From the NCBI GenBank assembly GCA_040285825.1, contig JAUPSS010000004.1, forward strand, positions 6,105,784 to 6,169,783: a DNA stretch of 64,000 nucleotides. Direction: 5' to 3'. The notes below the pieces were generated by a model. It was not told the DNA's origin, ran no database searches, and saw nothing but the letters and a program-made list of their open reading frames with translations. The translations under genes were made by a program, and so were the position numbers. This DNA comes from Eukaryota sp. TZLM1-RC (Eukaryota > Protista > Metamonada: BaSk clade). Below are positions 56,931 through 64,000 of the stretch, piece after piece (position 1 is the stretch's first letter; each line of letters begins with the position of its first letter).

Positions 56931-59419
56931 ATTTTATTTCTTATTTAGTACAAACACATTACCAAGGGAAGTCACAACACCCGTTTCTTCCTTCCCATTT
57001 CTTTCCTTCTTTGACGAAGAACCTTTTGCTCCTCGTTCAACTATATCTGAATTCGCCATGGATCTTTGTGGAACTGTTGGCTTTTCTATTATAGCGATTA
57101 TAGGTTTCGTTTAGTGCGCTCACACATTGACTATAAAACATTGAATCCCATAAAATAGACTAACAAAAGACAGTCTGGGGAGAAACTACTGGCTATTCTT
57201 GAGTCTAAACTCGAGTCTATTACAGATCGTCCATCCCAAGCTGTGCCAACAACTTCTGCTGTGTCACCCCTTTCAGCTGCACTTCTTGTCTTGAAACTAG
57301 ACATCTGAATACTTATTATTACCTTGTCTCTCTACTTCGCCCTCTTCACCCTCTCTCTACTCATCTTTCTTCCATAGAAGATGTTCCTCCTGTCTTCACT
57401 TGTATTACCATCAGTTATCAATATACACCCTTACACCTTTGGTATCGTTTGTTCACTCTCTACGAATCAACTCACTCCAATCTTAATCTACTCCAGTCTA
57501 ACCTACTGCTGATATACATGTACTTCTAAAGTCTAATGAGCAGAAGTTTTTTGAACTTAATGAACTCCAATTGAAACTCCATTGAAGACACTTGTAATGT
57601 TAGTCAACATGGCTTCCTTGCAGAGATTGATTTTGACCAATTTCATATTAATGTAGTGTGATACGATAATAAGTCTGAAGACATCCACGCTGCTATGAGT
57701 GAAAGCTACCCCCTTGAATTCAGGTTCGGACTCTTGAAAAAGCAGATTGTGAATTTCTATCAAAACGCACTTTTGGCTTTTGACCAATTCATCGTTACAA
57801 TATCCCTTAGATCTCAGTGACAACATACTGATGCTAATCCTATCTGAACCTCTCCTGTCAGTGTACTTTGTACGTTGTACTTTGTTTCCTTTACCCATTT
57901 GATTGACCTTCCCTTCATTGCACACTTTCTTTGTGTTGCCAATGGAATAGGCTACAGTGATTTATGCCTTAACCAATATCTCTTTTGGGTAGTTTGCTTC
58001 TCTGCTACAACCCCACTATGTGATACTTAGACTAGGTTTTGTTCTGTGGTAACCTAAAGGAGCGGCTGCTTACACTATCCTCTTTTGTGGTTACGTGTGT
58101 TTTTCCTCAAATATTAATAATGTTCTTTTTAACCTTTTTTTGGTACTCCTCAATGCCTTTATTTGAAACTGTGATGATGTTCCTTCATTTTTCTTCATGT
58201 ATTGTAGGTTTAATCCTTGTTTTAACTGAAATTTCAGTATAGAAATACATTTTCAATATAGAAAATGCGTTTCATGATATAAAACATTTTTCTATTAACC
58301 ATCAACGTAAAATACTGAGCTTGCAACACTTTCAAGCCCCCGCATACGGTGTTTCTATAGATTTTGTAAATTCAGAAATCCCACAGAAGGGTTTGTTTCT
58401 GAAGTCACCTCTATGCTGGAGAACTACGAAATCTCAACAGCTACAGTTGAAGTTGATCTTATGGACAGTTAAACTTATTTTTGGAATTTCCACACATTTT
58501 GTGGCTCTTGTTGTATCAAACAAATAGTTGAATTTATTGTCTAAAATAAATATACAGTGATTTTCCTTGTTTTCTATTCTGTATTTTGTGATATATTTCT
58601 TAAATGGAATTTTTTAATAAATAGGAATATGTCATGCCAATAAAACAAACAATCAGTATTTATTTTATTAAATAGAGAACAAGTGCATGAATAGTCAAAA
58701 CAAATGTGTGAGATTGAATTGTGTACTGTTGGTGTAAGTTTTACATCTCAACAACCCTAGTTGACGAAATAGATTATTTTTTAGAACCACGTTTGTTGTT
58801 GAGGAGAACCATAATCCACATGAAATCCTTTAGATAGTCATAGCAAAAAAATAGCAGTAGATTTAGATAGCAGTAGCCACCTGATAGCTGTCTATGGGCG
58901 AAAAGAGGGTTGGGTATAGAGGAATTGATAAAAGGTAATATTTTGCAATATGTGGACAATTATGCAACCTAGAAGATGACAATTTCCTTTTTATTCCACA
59001 TTACGTTTTAATGACAACGCGACTACCACTTACCTTGTTACCAGCGAAGTTCAGCCGAGTATGTTTTCAATTCTGTTAAATTTACTTTTTATGTGTGTAG
59101 CACCTTTTCCGATCCCATCATTTATGATTATATTTTTTCAAGTGTGTAAGTTTAATAAAATTCATAGAATTCATTTTTTCCAGAGAGAGAAAAAATGCAA
59201 AATTGTACGGAATTAATTGAACCAAGATTTCCTCTACAAAATGTTGATCTGGAAAAAAGTTTATTGTAAACCATATTTTTTTCTGGTAAATTTTTTTATT
59301 AAATTAGCTAAATACTACGACAATTCAGAAATTCCTCATCCAACTACTCCACTACTAGTAGTCAATACTCCAAAAAGACACTGAACAACCAGCACACAAC
59401 CAAAAAGTACATGATTGAC

Positions 59420-59655
59420 ATTACTAAGCGGCCGTCTGAGAAGCTCCAAGAGCGTTTTAAACGCGACAGCAAGCTTTTCATCACACATACGATAGTTAGA
59501 ACCAGCAACAACATCCAATAAGAAGAGTGAGAATTTGATCTCAAGAACAACTAACCAACCCTTCAGTAAACAGATCACAAACTTTCTACTTCCATTACTA
59601 GGCGGCCGTCTAAGAAGCTCCAAGAGCGGTTTAAAGGCGACAGCAAGCTTTTCAT
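59420..59655. repeat. Dispersed ~63-bp direct repeat (59420-59482 and 59593-59655) in a GC-richer degenerate segment
   Basis: CATTACTA.GCGGCCGTCT..GAAGCTCCAAGAGCG.TTTAAA.GCGACAGCAAGCTTTTCAT occurs twice. Confidence 0.8.
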
Positions 59656-59954
59656 GAGAAGAGAAATGCGAACATCTGCTGATGGTCAAGTCAAATTGAA
59701 CAAGAAACAAAATGCTTGTGAGAAGGGAACTAATTTGTCTCCAAATTGATGTTTCGAAGGATGATGTTATCAGTGGAAGAACATTCAGTAGAGTCAACAA
59801 AGAAGGGGGAGACAACGCAGAGCAATATGGAATATTTGTTGAGAAAACAATAGGAGCGCCTGGACCGTGATAAGGGAGGTTTTTAACAATCACGATGGAG
59901 AGGAAGGAAGTTCGACGCGGAAGGCGGGGGGGGGGAGAAAAAAACCATATTTTA

Positions 59955-60150
59955 AAATGCAAATATTTTATAACTTATCGCTCAATTGTTCGTGATTCAT
60001 TTCGTGATCAATTATATGCTTTGTGCAGAAGTTTCAATATAAAAGGGCATTTATTGAAGCCTTAGTACGTAATAATGAGTAATAGTTTTAGTAATAATGA
60101 TGCTTGTTTGGAAGATATTGAATATTAGACAGAATTTCAGTTCAATAGAA
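59955..60150 (+). mobile_element. Internally deleted 3' fragment of non-LTR family A
   Basis: CKYFITYRSIVRDSFRDQLYA joined almost directly to DACLEDIEY*. Confidence 0.8.
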
Positions 60151-60339
60151 ATACAGTCTACAAAAAATTCATTATATTCAGTGAACTCATTTGGTTCTCC
60201 TATTTATTTTGCTATGTATCTAGTAGATCTAAACATCTACTGTCATTCATCCATTTCGTTTATGAAACAGTTTTAATATACTTAGATTTTTCTCTCTCCT
60301 TCGTGTGTTCATCTGCCAAACGGCATCACAATGTTGAAA

Positions 60340-61818
60340 CATATCAGGATGACCATCCTCACCAAAATCATGATAACCATTTTCTCCCTTCTGCTAAAAC
60401 GATCAACAGAAAGAGAAAAGATGATACAAATCTTTTGAAAAGAACAACTGATGAACAGGTAAATGAACGGATTTGAGATCACAGAGTGTTTTTAATTTAA
60501 ATGTTGTTGGAGAGTTTGACCAACATAATTCCTATTTGGAACACAAATATTCTTTACTGTTGAAAATGAGTCGTCAAATTACATGTTTACCTGAAATTGA
60601 TATGGATGTACATGCAGCGTTGCTCGATAACAAAAACAAACCTTTGCGTTGTAGAGTTTTATACATTATTTTTATCATCAACCATATTGATTAGTGAATG
60701 ACAAATTAATCAACTTTGATTTAGAGGTTTTAAAAAATAGATGAATTTATTTGAATTTTCCATATTTCACGTTTGCTCGTGATTCAACAATTAATCTACT
60801 CAACCAAATTTCACCAAAATGGAGAGAAGTTGTCATCAGGGAAAATGGCTTTTGTCCTTTAGATACACTCGTAGTTGCCAGTGAATTCATCAAAATCCAA
60901 TATAGTTATAGCATAAGCATTATTGCGTATAAAATGATCAGTGAAAAGAGAATGAAACTTCACCAGATATTTACCAATATTTTAGGAATTGATTGCTTCA
61001 CTGAGACAGTATTTAATTCAATAGGGGCTTCGTGATTATATACCATGTCTCAAACTTTTTGTATTGCTTCAACAAGATGAAATCATTTTTCCATATTATA
61101 AAAGCATTCGTGCAACCGTCAATTCAATGGTTAAACAATCAAATGTTATATTAAAACTAAAACAAACTGCTTCAAAATTTCAACAGTTACGAATACACAC
61201 TGAATGTTGCCTGAAACTTCACTTACAGTTTCGTTTTGAACGCAACTTGCCATTACCACGTATTGTGCCAAATTGTATGGATCATTAATTGCATGAATTC
61301 TTTTTATCTCTGCTGATTTTTATGAGCTACAAATGGTAAACCCCAGGCGTGCAATTCCACAGGACCTGGAAGATTTTGTAAATGGTGAAGAAGTTGATAC
61401 TTTAACAACTAGCTTTGAACAACAAAAGTTAAACAGAATCTTGAGTTATTTTGATCACTGAAAACTATAGCCTTAACAGTTTCCACGACTCCCAAATGAT
61501 GGCTTCAGTCGAATTTCCGAGTATAGTATTTCATTATTTGGATTTCAACAATTCAATAACATGTTCTTCGTTGACGATAGAGAGTACTTGAGTTTTTTAA
61601 GACTTGAACCTGAAAATATTTCAGACCTTCTTGATGATGAGTTGATAAACTTGTGGCAACGTCATGATAAAAGAAACAATGAACCTGACGAAATCTGTTA
61701 TGGTCTTATAACACCATTTAATTGTCAAATTGAGACGTTAGTCACTGCTTCTTCCCTTTTTCAAAATAATTTTGAAGCAGTCAACCAAGACCAGTCTTGT
61801 TACTTGATCTCAAGATAG
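60340..61818 (+). pseudogene. Degenerate unknown ORF, multi-copy
   Basis: Chain of short + strand ORFs. LTTSFEQQKLN (~61400) matches LTTTFEQQKLN on the minus strand at ~42070-42102. Confidence 0.35.
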
Positions 61819-61824
61819 AATGAG

Positions 61825-62053
61825 TTAGCTCTGGTAAAATGAAAATTCGAATAATGGCAAAGTGTCAAAATCAAGATGATCTTGATTTCGATTTGAGTCG
61901 AGTCGACAACGCAGTTTTGACATGTTTTTGAAAAATGGGAGAGGAAGAGGTTTTATGCCGCAGGTTGACGAATGTGAGTCGACTTGACTCATTTGAATAA
62001 TAAGTGACTCGACTCGACTCATGAGTCAAACGAGTTGAGTCAACTCGAAACTG
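61825..62053. repeat. MITE-like segment with GACTC/GAGTC pentamer arrays
   Basis: GAGTCGAGTCGAC and GACTCGACTCGACTCATGAGTC..GAGTTGAGTCAACTC, ending AAACTG. Confidence 0.45.
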
Positions 62054-62114
62054 AATGAGCAATTCGAAATCCTATCAAGATCAGTGATTCTTCACCAATC
62101 ACACTCTCTCCTTC

Positions 62115-63651
62115 ATGTTTAGAATCACAGCTTTTCTGGCTCTGTGTCTGCTTGCTGTAGCCTCTGCAAGCTACGAAGGACAATCACTTGTTGATGAAAA
62201 TGCTATCGGTAGTGGTTTCAAAACCACACTAACCCAACGTGGTGTCAATCATATTCGTGATATTTTGGTAGCTGAAATTCGTAAGAATATCGGAAAGATC
62301 ACCATTCCAGATGTTTCAGGCAAAGTTTGGTACATTCTTCTATTTTCTGAACGTAGGAACATCATATTAACTATAAGGTCAAGAATATTAACATTCAAGT
62401 TTGTCAGTCACTTCCTCTTACACAAGAATGTTAAGTTTGGTGCGGTACAAGTCGCTAACACGAAATCCGGCGTGAAACTCAGCATCAAGGATATTGCTTT
62501 CGATATCAAGTGCAAGTGGTCAATCAAGTATTACAGATTACAGATTTTGAGTGACTAACCTTAGGTATCATGTTGTCAAAGATTCCGGCAAAGTTGACAT
62601 TCATATTCGTAACACTAACGTAGGTGTTTCTCTCGATGTCAATGCTGCATCTGATGGTAAACCTTCTGCTAAGTCGCACAGCCCTGAAATGCATATTGGT
62701 CATTTAAGTGTAAAATTCCATGGCGGGGTAACCTCCAAATTCATTAACCTCTTCAAAAACACTGTGGCTAAGAAGATTCGTAAGACTGCAGAGTCAAAGG
62801 TTAGAGGTCAACTCACCGGCATCCTCAACCAAGCCATAAAGAAGTCTCTTTCCGATGTTCATCCCATCATTCCCATTGACAAGTATGCCGACTTTGATTT
62901 GCGATTGTTGAACATCGATTATGCAAAGAATCTCTTCATTAGCCCTGCATTCCATGGTAATTTCCTCTATCATGGCAATAAGAATAGACCTTCTCTCAAG
63001 ACCAACCAAATGCCTTCCCATATCAACGATAGACATGTCCAAATCTTTTTGTCTGAATATGTTTTCAATTCTGGTAGCTATGTTTACTTCCATAAGGGTC
63101 TCATGAAGGAAACTGTCACTGATAAGGATATTCCTCAGTCTAGCTGGATTCATCTTAATACCAAGTCATGGCGCTACATTATCCCTGAAATGTATCAAAA
63201 GTACCCTGATATGCCAATGCAAGCCTCTATTGCCGCACGTGATTACCCCAAATTAACCTTGAACAGTACCAATGTCAAGTTTAGTATTCCTGCCGTTGCC
63301 AATATCTCTGTTGTTACCCCTAATGGAGTTGCCAAAGACCTGGTCTCTGTAGCAATCAATGTAGAAACTGTAGCAAAGATCAAGTTGTCTGGTATGAGAG
63401 TTCATGGTCATATTGATCTTGTTGGCTTCAAGTTCCATGTTTTAAAGTCTGAATTTGTCAAGATTGATGAGAAAGAAATCAACAAGGTTATTAATGATCT
63501 TTGTAAATATGGTGTTGTTCCCTTCTTCAACCCTGCCTTAGAAAAGGGTCTAGAAATTCCTGTTACCAAGGGTGTTACTATCAAGAAACCCACTCTTGAT
63601 TTTGGAAAGGGTTTCGTTGCCATCACTTCTGATATCGATTACAAGTTTTAG
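62115..63651 (+). CDS. BPI/LBP-like protein, copy 3; introns 62325-62356, 62399-62426, 62528-62564
   Basis: Paralogue of copy 1. The apparent frameshift between ORFs 62115 and 62551 is a 37-nt intron (GT..CTAAC..TAG). Confidence 0.9.
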
Positions 63652-64000
63652 TTATTGTTATGTGTGTATAAATGTTATTTTGTATTTCGGTTGAATTTTT
63701 TTCATTTTTGCTTTTTTGAAGGCGAATATTGCTGAATTGATTTTGAAACATATCAAGTTGATTGTCGTTGCAAAGATCATGAGAAGCAATTTATCAGTCC
63801 TTTTCAATGAGAACAATTCAGATTTGATTACTCTCATAATCAAAATGAAGTATCTAAGAGTCAGTACTGTTAGAGGCATTGGATTTAAAAACTGTGCTTT
63901 CTTTCTTGAAAAGCATCATGTCAGGTAACTTTGGGTGGTCAGAAGTATCTAAGTCCAATTTCTTGTATCTTTGTAGATTTATCTTGATATTAAATTTTCA

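Noticed and set aside
56950-59200. Possible gene or gag-like remnants
   Set aside because: Only short ORFs and no supportable motif; left unannotated.
62528-62564. Frameshift or pseudogenisation of BPI copy 3
   Set aside because: The 7-bp TTACAGA duplication lies inside an intron, so splicing restores the frame.
1-64000. Alternative genetic code explaining the broken ORFs
   Set aside because: Long host ORFs are open under the standard code and end in TAA or TAG; the breaks are introns or TE decay.

Overview
AT-rich eukaryotic genomic DNA from a protist-like, gene-dense and TE-littered genome. It uses the standard code and has tiny 28-37 nt GT-AG introns; the organism cannot be identified from the window alone. 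Host genes: an H-type-lectin-repeat/GT2 processive glycosyltransferase fusion (5'-partial, 4 introns), Sec16, a 1728-aa coiled-coil protein, a Kelch/coiled-coil protein, a 2845-aa RCC1/beta-helix/IPT/Cys-rich multi-TM surface protein, a bacterial-type VOC/glyoxalase, KRI1, a TM DnaJ, a Patched/NPC1-like SSD protein, and three BPI/LBP-like paralogues. Intergenic DNA is mostly decayed mobile elements: many 5'-truncated CRE-like RLE non-LTR retrotransposons, a hAT deletion derivative with TIRs and an 8-bp TSD, and a short LTR element with a 4-bp TSD. There are also five remnants of Fanzor (eukaryotic TnpB-like RNA-guided nuclease) genes from about three families. The top finding concerns two copies of one Fanzor family. 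They share a ~160-nt non-coding, multi-hairpin 3' segment that ends at the same base and is followed by unrelated sequence, as expected for an omegaRNA scaffold plus a flank-derived guide. One predicted guide comes from another Fanzor family; the other comes from the upstream region of a BPI gene. No intact Fanzor ORF is present in this window.
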